Notes: generated from the letters alone by a model not told the origin. Shown: positions 50,211-61,375, counted from the first letter of the whole stretch. The stretch is 62,969 nt of DNA, filler included, from Octopus bimaculoides (GCF_001194135.2; 6 parts of 6 records of this genome joined end to end with filler, not necessarily neighbours in it), one strand, 5' to 3'. Program-made: numbers and translations.

Positions 50211-50660
50211 AACTAGATTCAAACTCTCATCTTATGCTTTACATTGAACAATGAATAATTGCTCCTACCCAATAAAGAAAACAGAAGTAAGCTATATTTA
50301 GTAATAGAAAAAAATGGAGGTGAGATGATTGAATATTATGTGGATGACAGGAAAATTTAGATCAGATCCTGAACAAGGAATTCAAAATACAGAAAAGTTC
50401 ATCTATTTTTCTGACTATCAACATCCTTTGGTTGCTGATCAATAATGGACTTGGCTACAGTATAGTAAAATAATTCCACTGATGATGGTTCCTTTATTAT
50501 TATGCAGAACCTTACCAGTGTAAATGAACCTTCCAAGAGAATCACATAAATATCCACACATATAGTATATGACTAATAAGGGCAAGCATATCTGTGTGGT
50601 TGACAAGTAAACTTTCTAACCATGTGGTTTCAGGCTCAGTCCCATTGTATGACACTTTGG

Positions 50661-50799
50661 GCAGCCTTAGGTAGCCTTGGGTAGCCTTGGGTAGCCTTAG
50701 GTAGCCTTAGGTAGCCTTGGGTAGCCTTGGGTAGCCTTAGGTAGCCTTGGGTAGCCTTGGGTAGCCTGGGCAGCCTTAGGTTGCCTTGGGTAGCCTTAG
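50661..50799. repeat. 10 bp minisatellite GTAGCCTT(A/G)G, 14 units, inside a SINE B head (50578-50806)
   Basis: Units counted directly; flanked by GACACTTTGG and GCAAGTGT, the normal CACCTTGGGCAAGTGT site. Confidence 0.93.
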
Positions 50800-50972
50800 G
50801 CAAGTGTGTACATTATATTGGTACCTACTTTCTATATAAATAAAGTATGCATCATCTCTCTGATATGAGTTTTCATTATACACATAGGCATATATACATC
50901 CTCATATGCACTAAGAACCATCCTTCTGCTATCCTTCAATCTCTCAACCAAACCATTATATATATATATATT

Positions 50973-51011
<39 letters not shown>

Positions 51012-51548
51012 NNNNNNNNNNNNNNNNNNNNNNNNNNNNNNNNNNNNNNNNNNNNNNNNNNNNNNNNNNNNNNNNNNNNNNNNNNNNNNNNNNNNNNNNN
51101 NNNNNNNNNNNNNNNNNNNNNNNNNNNNNNNNNNNNNNNNNNNNNNNNNNNNNNNNNNNNNNNNNNNNNNNNNNNNNNNNNNNNNNNNNNNNNNNNNNNN
51201 NNNNNNNNNNNNNNNNNNNNNNNNNNNNNNNNNNNNNNNNNNNNNNNNNNNNNNNNNNNNNNNNNNNNNNNNNNNNNNNNNNNNNNNNNNNNNNNNNNNN
51301 NNNNNNNNNNNNNNNNNNNNNNNNNNNNNNNNNNNNNNNNNNNNNNNNNNNNNNNNNNNNNNNNNNNNNNNNNNNNNNNNNNNNNNNNNNNNNNNNNNNN
51401 NNNNNNNNNNNNNNNNNNNNNNNNNNNNNNNNNNNNNNNNNNNNNNNNNNNNNNNNNNNNNNNNNNNNNNNNNNNNNNNNNNNNNNNNNNNNNNNNNNNN
51501 NNNNGAGGAGGAAGAGGAAATCAATTCATAAATATTGTTCAGCTAAGG

Positions 51549-51581
<33 letters not shown>

Positions 51582-51803
51582 GCGAACACATGTTACAATG
51601 AAGTAGAGAAATTTGAAAAGACAACACGAAACCGGTTATTTCTCCAAATACAATGTTTATATACCAAAAAAATTTTATAACATTTTTCTGACATAATTTA
51701 AATATATACTTTAACCATATAACACAAGCCTTCTGTAGTTTTTTCACTCTTATTATCTTTTATACATACAACCACATGCTTTCACATACCAACTTTCTCA
51801 CCT

Positions 51804-51842
<39 letters not shown>

Positions 51843-51957
51843 TATATATATACATACATACGGTAGTCTGCTTTTATATTCTGACACATAAATATATCTG
51901 CAACAGAACAATAAGAGAAAATCTTATTTATACATATATTTATATATATTCTTCTAT

Positions 51958-52192
51958 TCTTTTATTTGTTTCAGTCATTCGACTGCACTATGCTGGAACA
52001 CTTCTTTAGTCGAGCAAATCGACCCCAGAACTTTGTCTTTGTAAGCTTAGTACTTATTCTATCAGTTCTTTTGCCAAACTGCTAAGTTACGGGGATGTAA
52101 ATGCACCAGCATCGGTTGTCAAGTGAATTTGGTCAGACAAACACAGACACACAAACATATACACACACATACATACATACATAATACATACG

Positions 52193-52243
<51 letters not shown>

Positions 52244-52402
52244 GACAGGCTTCTTTCAGTTTCCGTCTACCAAATACACTAACAAGGCTTTGGTCGGCCC
52301 AAGGCTATAGTAGAAGCTACTTGCTCAAGGTGTCACGCAGTGGGACTGAACCCAGAACCATGTGGCTGGTAAGCAAGCTACTTACCACACAGCCACTCCT
52401 GC
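51958..52402 (-). mobile_element. SINE family B, full length
   Basis: Matches 30754-31132. Confidence 0.85.
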
Positions 52403-52455
52403 ACCTATATATATGTTTATATGTGTGTGTGTGCAGTAAAAATTTTCCTTCTTAT

Positions 52456-52573
52456 CCACATGGTTCTGGGTTCAGTTCCACTGCATGCCATCTTGAGCAA
52501 GTGTCTTCTACTGAAGCTTTGAGCTGACCAAACCCTTGTGAGTGGATTTGGTAGATAGAAACTGAAGGAAGCC
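52456..52573 (+). mobile_element. SINE family B head fragment, inverted relative to its neighbour
   Basis: Reverse complement of 52248-52365. Confidence 0.8.
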
Positions 52574-53435
52574 CTTTGCACATATATAAATGCTTGTGCT
52601 ACATAAAAAGCACCCAGTAAATTCCATGGAGTGGTCAGCATTAGGAAGGTCATCCAGTGGTAGAAACCGTCCCAGAACAGACAATGGAGCCTGGTCAATG
52701 GAGTCAAGATTTTGGAGGGATTCAGAAAATGTCTGTAATTTGATTATTAATTACCATTGTCATTTTGTTGTTGTTGTATAACCCTATGCCACTTCTGGCC
52801 AAGCAAACCAATAATCAGAGACATTCCAGTTGCAGTTACCTCATATGTCAGGATATTATCCAATGTATTGCTTTCTAGAATGATTGATGTGCAATCCGGA
52901 AATTTGGCTGCTATTTCTAACACATGAAATGACCCCAAATCACATCTTTCCGTCTTAAAAACATAAAACGGCATGGCAAAATTAGGTAATGTAGTCCCAA
53001 ATCGGACTACAAAAGATGGGATGGTCATGGTTGGAATGCTTTTGGTCATAACACTCTACAACACCATTATGCCTCAATTCAAATTGAGTCAAGGAAGGGA
53101 AGGACACTCTATGTGGTTCATTTGTCTTTCTTCTTCCTCCCCCCCTCCCCCTCCCTNNNNNNNNNNNNNNNNNNNNNNNNNNNNNNNNNNNNNNNNNNNN
53201 NNNNNNNNNNNNNNNNNNNNNNNNNNNNNNNNNNNNNNNNNNNNNNNNNNNNNNNNNNNNNNNNNNNNNNNNNNNNNNNNNNNNNNNNNNNNNNNNNNNN
53301 NNNNNNNNNNNNNNNNNNNNNNNNNNNNNNNNNNNNNNNNNNNNNNNNNNNNNNNNNNNNNNNNNNNNNNNNNNNNNNNNNNNNNNNNNNNNNNNNNNNN
53401 NNNNNNNNNNNNNNNNNNNNNNNNNNNNNNNNNNN

Positions 53436-53503
<68 letters not shown>

Positions 53504-53819
53504 GTTATGTTTGCTTCCCATGCTATTGTGCCCTGGATAAGTTGTTATGGTTCATGTTAGCTCTCAGTTTAAGTTACTGCTCTTCAAGATGCAGCTGGGA
53601 CCATGTCCCACGTGTACAATGAATTTTGGGGACAGTTTCTTTATCTTGATGCTGTTCTTAATGTCAGCTCTCACACACAAGGTATACTGGCTGCACATTA
53701 TCGTAGCTTTAGCTGTAACGAGAACAAGGTATCTTTTTGACCCTGTGTTGTCTCTGATCATTTTGCCTCTGATCATAAATGCAATTACCTCCAACAACAC
53801 AACCAATAACAAAAACCAC

Positions 53820-53869
53820 AAACAGCAATGTTACCCATCACCTAATAGTGATGGGTAACATTGCTGTTT
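53820..53869. repeat. Perfect 22 bp inverted repeat with 6 nt loop
   Basis: AAACAGCAATGTTACCCATCAC-CTAATA-GTGATGGGTAACATTGCTGTTT. Confidence 0.95.
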
Positions 53870-54869
53870 CTGGTTATCACTCTCATCACATGTGCGTGTG
53901 TCACTGCAAATAAAATTATTAAAAATATTCACATTTTGCACTTGTAGTAAGTCATTTTTCACTTAATGTACATAAAACAGCATTTAATTTGATTTACGGT
54001 ATGTATATTCATATGCGCTCACACACACACACACACACAAATAAGAACAAGAAGAAAGAAAGAAAGAAAGAAAGTGAGAGAGAGAGGGTTACAGAGAGAG
54101 AGTGGGAGAGAGAAAGAGAGAGTGGAAAAAAGAGAGAAGAGAGAGTGAGAGAGAGAGCACAGGAGAAAGAGAGAATGGGTGAAAGAGAGTGGGAGAAAGA
54201 GAGAGTGACTGGGAGAAAGAGAGAATGGGTGAAAGAGAGTGAGTGGGAGAAAGAGAGAAGAGAGAGAGCGTGGAAGAGAGAGAGGGTGGAAGAGAGAGAG
54301 GTTGGAAGAAAGAGACAGAGAAAGACGTATATAATAGATTAATAACTGAGATTTTTTTATGGAACATTATCTTATATTGCGCTCAGGTAAATATGACACT
54401 AAAAAAAGGACAAGTTTGTTAATGGAATACAAAGCATATAAATATCTCTTATCAGACGACTATATTACCCGCTACACCATACTGTGTTTATATTTCTTCT
54501 TTTTTTTTATCTTTAATGTAGCCATATAAATGTCTAACTGCTTTAAGTGAAATTTTAGCCCCATCCAGCTCTGTCTTCCTCAGCTTCATTGGTAATTTGT
54601 CTGCCACTTAGCACCTTTCAGATTCAGGTTTCTTTCACTAATAACATTATTCTGACTATCAACATCATCTTTGGAGATGAAACCTTTTGATTCAGTATTT
54701 GCATCTACTCTGCATTTCTGTCAGTTTAATCTCCAATTGTCTTCAGATGTTTTATCCTTTTCCTATTCCTTAGCCATTTGTTCCATTTTGATTTGTATCA
54801 GTGATTCAAGACCAAGGTGCTAGGTAAGTAATCAGGCACTATAACCAAACCACAATAGGCTCGTGTGAC

Positions 54870-54971
54870 TGGTCTATTTAGCAACCAATCAGTATCAAGC
54901 CATGGTTTATTTAGCAACCAATTAGTGTCAAGCCATGGTCTATTTAGCAACCAATCAGTGTCAAGCCTTGG
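54870..54971. repeat. 33 bp tandem repeat, 3 copies, each with TAGCAACCAAT
   Basis: CCAAT at 54885, 54918 and 54951. Confidence 0.92.
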
Positions 54972-55408
54972 CATGATTTAATCTTCTAGAATGTTCTTCT
55001 TGTACTCTATAGAAAATATGCTTTGGTGGCTAAACCCTTTGCAGAGCACTGAGAGCAGCTGACTCATTGATACATCTCTACTCTTGCCAGTCAGAATGCT
55101 TTTGGCAGCTTAATGAAATGTGCTTCCATTCTTGCCATCTGAGAGTTCCAGACAACTCCAGGTTTTATGACAGACTGAACATTTACACAACATCTCTCAA
55201 GTAACTTCGTCAAATGCGACATGGTTTTAGTTCCCTTCCAGTCTGCAGTTATTGTAATTATTAACTGTGAATGGCCAACACAGTTTGTGTTTATGTACAA
55301 CAATAAATATTGCAGTTAAATGTCCATGGGTTTTGCTTCAGTTATTCATGCAACCAACAAAATATATCTTCATTTACCAACTCAATAATTACAACTCCTT
55401 AAACCCAC

Positions 55409-55409
<1 letters not shown>

Positions 55410-55442
<33 letters not shown>

Positions 55443-55880
55443 GTCATTTAACGTCCGCTTTCCATGCTAGCATGGGTTGGACGATTTGACTGATGACTGG
55501 TGAACCAGATGGCGATACCAGGCTCCAATCTGATTTGGCAGAGTTTCTATAGCTGGATGCCCTTCCTAACGCCAACCACTCCGAGAGTGTAGTGGTATTG
55601 GGTGCTTTTACGTGCCACCGGCACGAAGGCCAGTCAGGCGGTACTGGCAACGGCCACACTCAAAATGGGTATTTTACATGCCACCTACACAGGAGCCAGT
55701 CCAGCGGCACTGGCAACGATCTCACTCAAATTTCTTTACATGTGCCACTGGCACGAGTGCCAGGAAGGCAACGCTGGGCACAGGTGCCATCACGATTTCA
55801 CTTTTGCTTGCCCCAACAGGTTTTCGCAAGCTGAGTTTTGTGTCCAATGAAGGAGACGACGTTGGCATGGGTGCCAGTCA
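55410..55880 (-). mobile_element. RTE 3' UTR with sub-repeats and (GAT)n tail
   Basis: Homologous to 4542-5060. Confidence 0.8.
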
Positions 55881-57483
55881 TCGAATTTAGTTTGAATTCG
55901 ATTTTCCTGAANNNNNNNNNNNNNNNNNNNNNNNNNNNNNNNNNNNNNNNNNNNNNNNNNNNNNNNNNNNNNNNNNNNNNNNNNNNNNNNNNNNNNNNNN
56001 NNNNNNNNNNNNNNNNNNNNNNNNNNNNNNNNNNNNNNNNNNNNNNNNNNNNNNNNNNNNNNNNNNNNNNNNNNNNNNNNNNNNNNNNNNNNNNNNNNNN
56101 NNNNNNNNNNNNNNNNNNNNNNNNNNNNNNNNNNNNNNNNNNNNNNNNNNNNNNNNNNNNNNNNNNNNNNNNNNNNNNNNNNNNNNNNNNNNNNNNNNNN
56201 NNNNNNNNNNNNNNNNNNNNNNNNNNNNNNNNNNNNNNNNNNNNNNNNNNNNNNNNNNNNNNNNNNNNNNNNNNNNNNNNNNNNNNNNNNNNNNNNNNNN
56301 NNNNNNNNNNNNNNNNNNNNNNNNNNNNNNNNNNNNNNNNNNNNNNNNNNNNNNNNNNNNNNNNNNNNNNNNNNNNNNNNNNNNNNNNNNNNNNNNNNNN
56401 NNNNNNNNNNNNNNNNNNNNNNNNNNAAAAAAAAAAACATGAAATAACTGAAGAAACACAATTAGAAGGCCCACTTTATAAATAGTTATGAAATTTCACT
56501 GAATTACATATGGTTGATACATTTAAAATGCAGTGAATACCAATAGAGAATTCAAATGGTCACAGTGTTTTTTTATCCCTTCCACTAGACTTGACATATA
56601 CTTATATACATATACACACAGACATACAGAAATTCTTTAAAGTAATATGTAAAGCATTTTTTTAAAGGACATTATATGAAGGTGTGACAGAGATAGAGGT
56701 TGAAGTGGAGCCTGACTGGTCCCCATGCCAGTGGCATGTAAAAAGCACCCACTACACTCTCAGAGTAGTTGGTGTTAGGAAGGGCATCCAACTGTAGAAT
56801 CAGATCAGATTGGAGCCTGGTTCAGCCTTCTAGCTTGCCAGTCCTCAGTCAAACCGTCCAACCCATGCCAGCATGGAAAGCAGATGAGGGGATGGAAGGA
56901 GGAGGGGAGGGATGTGAGGAGGAGGAATAAGAGGAGGAGGAGGGATGGAGGAAGGAGGAGAAGAAGAAGAGGAGGAGGAGGAGGGGATGGAGGAAGGAGG
57001 AGAAGAAGAAGAAGAGGAGGGGATGGAGGAAGGAGGAGAAGAAGAAGAAGAGGAGTGAGCATATAATTTTCATTGTCAATAAATTTAAATTCAAAAAGTT
57101 ATCAGTAAGAGCCATGTAACCTATATGGCTTTTCTCTTCAAAAGATGTGCCCTGAAGCAAACTTACTTCTCTCTAAGTGCAAAACTATATCCCGTGAATT
57201 TGAAGAACTTATTTACTGTAACTCTTATTTACCAAGAAGATATATATGCATGCAGTAAAAAATAAATGCTTGCAAGACTATAAAAACAATGAACATTGTT
57301 TCAATAAAGAACACTAAATGCACACACACACACACACACACGTATACCTATCTATATATGAAGATGTATGTGTGTGTGTGTGTGTGAGTGTATGTGTGTG
57401 CATATGTGTGTGTATCTGTCTGTTTACCTAGTTGCTTGTCTGTCTGTCTATTTCTCTAGCTAAATAGTTCCGCATGTGTGCAT

Positions 57484-57538
<55 letters not shown>

Positions 57539-57871
57539 TGTAAATATATAAAAACAAATCGGTATACAAACTAATCGGTATACAAACTAATCGGAATACA
57601 GCACTTACTCTGTATTACCTGTATCCTCCGGGGTTTGGTTTTAAATCCAATACCCTCCTCAACCGTATATATATANNNNNNNNNNNNNNNNNNNNNNNNN
57701 NNNNNNNNNNNNNNNNNNNNNNNNNNNNNNNNNNNNNNNNNNNNNNNNNNNNNNNNNNNNNNNNNNNNNNNNNNNNNNNNNNNNNNNNNNNNNNNNNNNN
57801 NNNNNNNNNNNNNNNNNNNNNNNNNNNNNNNNNNNNNNNNNNNNNNNNNNNNNNNNNNNNNNNNNNTATAT

Positions 57872-57914
<43 letters not shown>

Positions 57915-57974
57915 TAAATATAGATATAGATATAGATATAGATATAATGTATGATATAACATATATGTATGTAT

Positions 57975-58172
57975 TTGTGTGTCTGTGTTTGTACCCCCAC
58001 GGTTGCTTGACAACCGTTGTTGGTGTGTTTATGTCCCTGTAACTTAGCAGTTTGGCAAAAGAGACTGATAGAATAAGTACTATACTTACAAAGAATAAGT
58101 CCTGGGGTCGATTTCTTTGAGTAAAGGCGGTGCTGCAGCATGGCCACAGTCAAATGATTGACACAAATAAAA
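57975..58172 (+). mobile_element. SINE family B 3' half
   Basis: GCTTGACAACCG...GATAGAATAAGTAC...GGCGGTGCTGCAGCATGGCCACAGTC. Confidence 0.75.
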
Positions 58173-58249
58173 GAATAAAATATTATGCGCATACACCCAC
58201 ACACACACATATACTCTTTTTTCCACCTTGTTGCACATTTTATGTGCTT

Positions 58250-58316
<67 letters not shown>

Positions 58317-58335
58317 GACACACATACATATATAA

Positions 58336-58378
<43 letters not shown>

Positions 58379-58749
58379 CATCACAAACTAATTTTATGAA
58401 ATTTGTGCACATGTACACGAGTTGTAACAGATTTCTAGCATAGCATTATATCCCATCTTGCTTTGATATTTTGTTGACAGTTAACACCACAGCTAGAGAC
58501 AAATTATAAATCAGTAGGTAATGTTTTCTAAAATTTTTAATATAAACAATATAAAACATTTGTAAACAGAAATGTTGTTTATTTAATGTTGCTTTACATG
58601 TAAAATATTAACTGCTCACTTATAATGTGTTTCTTATTCATGGGCTTAAACCTCAACTAAACACTTATGTGTATACTCGTATACCCACACACCTTCTTGC
58701 AAACACCCATGCTCATACAAACTCATATATAATGTACAAATGAATATAG

Positions 58750-58789
<40 letters not shown>

Positions 58790-58871
58790 TGTTTGTTTTC
58801 ATGTTCAGTTATAATAAAAACAATTTTACATTAATCTGATGGGCTACTCTATATTTTTGTATAATACAAAT

Positions 58872-59015
58872 TTATTATTCTTAAATAAGAATGTTGTTGA
58901 CAGTAACTTCGAAGTTTCAGTCTGCTAAGCCATCATCAGACTGCAGTCCAACAATGGCTTAGCTGGCTGAAGCTTCAAAGTCAATGTCAACAACATTCTT
59001 GTTTAATAATAATAA
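58872..59015. repeat. 144 bp imperfect palindrome centred on GACTG|CAGTC
   Basis: 72 bp arms with no spacer; 12 non-Watson-Crick positions by my count, most of them transitions. Confidence 0.9.
58900..58944 (-). ncRNA. Type I hammerhead-like motif with weakened stem II
   Basis: GCAGU-CUGAUGA-U-GGC..ACU-GAAA-CUUCGAAG-UU-ACUGU. Stem III is the palindrome ACUUCGAAGU; triplet GUU; stem I GCAGU/ACUGU. Confidence 0.55.
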
Positions 59016-59029
59016 TAATTATAATAATG

Positions 59030-59654
59030 CAGTACCAGGCAGTGGCTCTCTTGGCTTCTGATCTTAATTGATTGGAAGTGTTATCATGTACATTGTTTTG
59101 TCTTGGTATAAAAGATGGGCTACAGCAAATATTCTGCTTAATACCACAGATTTGCTTGTCAATTGTTTGACCTTAACCAGTTGAGCATGTCCCTTGGTNN
59201 NNNNNNNNATATTCTGCTTAATACCACAGATTTGCTTGTCAATTGTTTGACCTTAACCAGTTGAGCATGTCCCTTGGTGGCTGACGATATGTGCATCTCT
59301 GATCACGAGCAGAAGTAGTGGAGGAGCATCATAGCCATGTGTTGAGAGGAATTCTTTGGGGTCTGAATAATTCACCTCTGAAAAGATGGGTGTTTTGCTC
59401 AACATTCTTAAACAAACCTTATTCAGGGACCTTTTGAACGGGATGGGCTACTCGACCTGAAGAAAATTCTAACTGGGCCCCACCTGCGAGGTCATGTGCT
59501 GTTTATCTTGATATGAGATCACTATGTCGTGCACATATGGTTGTGATGCATGTGCCTGGTGTACCCTTATCAGACGGGTATTCATGATGGGTATATTGGG
59601 CTTTGTATATTTTACCCCAGTGTCACTTTGATGGCATGCACTGCTCTCTCACTC

Positions 59655-59655
<1 letters not shown>
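59030..59655 (+). mobile_element. ~620 bp unclassified non-coding element bounded by (AAT)n on both sides
   Basis: Sharp AAT borders at ~59028 and 59655; no ORF recognised; contains a gap-overlap duplication. Confidence 0.4.
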
Positions 59656-59691
<36 letters not shown>

Positions 59692-59693
<2 letters not shown>

Positions 59694-59895
59694 TGCCAGT
59701 CACAATAAAAACACTGATAATTGTGCAACCTGATATTTGCTACCTCATAATGAGTGACAATGAAAAGACAAAATATTGGGAATAACAGTGCTAACGAAAA
59801 TGAAGCCCTTCATGGTGACAGTGTTGCACCCGGCAGGCTCCGAGATACTGGTCAGGCTCCAGCCTGTCGTTATCCAGCAATGGACCAGCACACAG
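59692..59895 (+). mobile_element. Possible 5' end of a full-length AAT-targeting LINE
   Basis: Begins directly after (AAT)n; short leader, then ORF 59754 (MTMKRQNIGNNSANENEALHGDSVAPGR...) open into the gap. Assignment to the Dong family is an inference. Confidence 0.3.
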
Positions 59896-60641
59896 NNNNN
59901 NNNNNNNNNNNNNNNNNNNNNNNNNNNNNNNNNNNNNNNTTAATTAATTAANNNNNNNNNNNNNNNNNNNNNNNNNNNNNNNNNNNNNNNNNNNNCCTTG
60001 TGTGAATAATCCGGAAATTTATGTTGGAATGAGAGTTGATATAGCATATCAACATAGATAGCAGAGGTATATATATTCCATATTGCAATAGATTTTTGCT
60101 TGTTTACTTGAAGAATGTCCAAGTCAAGTGAAAAGTTAGTGGTAATTAGGTCAAGTCAAGAAGATAGAATGTGGAAGGGGATAGAGAAGATATAGAGGCG
60201 GAGGATGGTAGCGATATATTTATGGTCAGTTGGTCTTAACAGGGTAGAGGGGAAGAGCATATAGAGTGAAGGAAGAATAGGGGGATGAGGTTAAAAGGTC
60301 TAGTGAGTAGGAAGGAATGTGTGTGTGTAGTATATAGGTGGTGGGGGTATGAGTGATAAATCAAGGACAGAGATAAAGGAGAGGGATATGTGGGAAAGGT
60401 AGTTAGTAGTATCATATTTTAGGATGCTGCCAAGCCTATTTATAGACGGTGGAAAGGGATTGAAAGAGGTGACGTAGTCTGTTTGTGTAGGTAGTGTTCT
60501 TGTGAAATTGAGAATATGAGAAATAGATTTGGTGGTACATGTGTGGTGAAATGATCGAAAGGAAATAATCCTATTCAAAAAGATGGTGAAAGATGGATGT
60601 TTTTGCCAGGTTGAATAGGTTGCCTGTGGGGGGTTGTGTTA

Positions 60642-61049
60642 TTATGTTGCGTGATCATTTGTGCAATTTTGCTTGTGATAGAACCTGAATGTGTGGAAAG
60701 CGCAGTGGTTGCAGTTGCTAAACGCTTCATTATATCGATTAAGTAGAGTGGGAGAATTGTATTTTAAAATATGGAACGCCTCTGTTAGGCAAAGCTTGCA
60801 ATTGGAGCGCTGGCCCTGGTATGGAGTTCCAGAGTCTAAGATGGACCATTTTAAGGTGTATTGGGTATTTTTGTTTTTGAGGTGATGAATATGATTGGCT
60901 AACGTTGTAGATTTACTGTGTTTGTCGTATCAAAAAGAGTGCATGTGGGCTGTGTAGCGATGTCTAAAGTTTATAGTTGCACCAATGTACGTGGCAGTAG
61001 AGTTATGTAATAGATTTTTGACGGTGCATTTATATATTACATTGTATCC
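60642..61049 (-). pseudogene. GIY-YIG endonuclease of a Penelope-like element (one in-frame stop), followed by a pyrimidine-rich 3' region to ~59996
   Basis: Manual translation: NVIYKCTV...TYIGATINFRHRYTAHMHSF*...TTLANHIHHLK...KWSILD...CKLCLTE..HIL...LLNR..E..SNCNH. Confidence 0.85.
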
Positions 61050-61299
61050 TACGCAATGTGTTTGAAACGGACAGATATATTTATAAAAAAGAAGTTTGAA
61101 AATGCCAATATATAAAAAATGAATTTTAATTTATAATTTTCTCAGAGATAACATGTTTCGGTTCTTGAAAAAATGAACCTTATCAAAAATACATATTTTA
61201 AAAAAAATGTAATTAAAAGAAAAGTTAATAATTGTTCCTTACTGGTGTCAACATAGTCCACGTGGGAGCGTTTTCTGTATGGGTACATAATGGCTGTCT

Positions 61300-61375
61300 A
61301 GTGCATTGACTTGAATCGTTGGTTACGGTCACTACTACTACTACTACTACAACCAATGATTCAAGTCAATGCACT
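61300..61375. repeat. 25 bp inverted repeat (1 mismatch) around a (CTA)n-containing spacer, adjoining CTAG
   Basis: AGTGCATTGACTTGAATCGTTGGTT / AACCAATGATTCAAGTCAATGCACT; CTAG at 61298-61301. Confidence 0.88.

Noticed and set aside
50661-50799. Telomeric TTAGG-type repeat
   Set aside because: The unit is 10 bp and derives from the surrounding SINE motif.
53564-53821. 85 aa minus-strand ORF as a LINE or host exon
   Set aside because: No motif I can name, and no convincing splice sites.
59128-59278. ~70 bp direct repeat
   Set aside because: Flanks a 10-N gap; assembly overlap.
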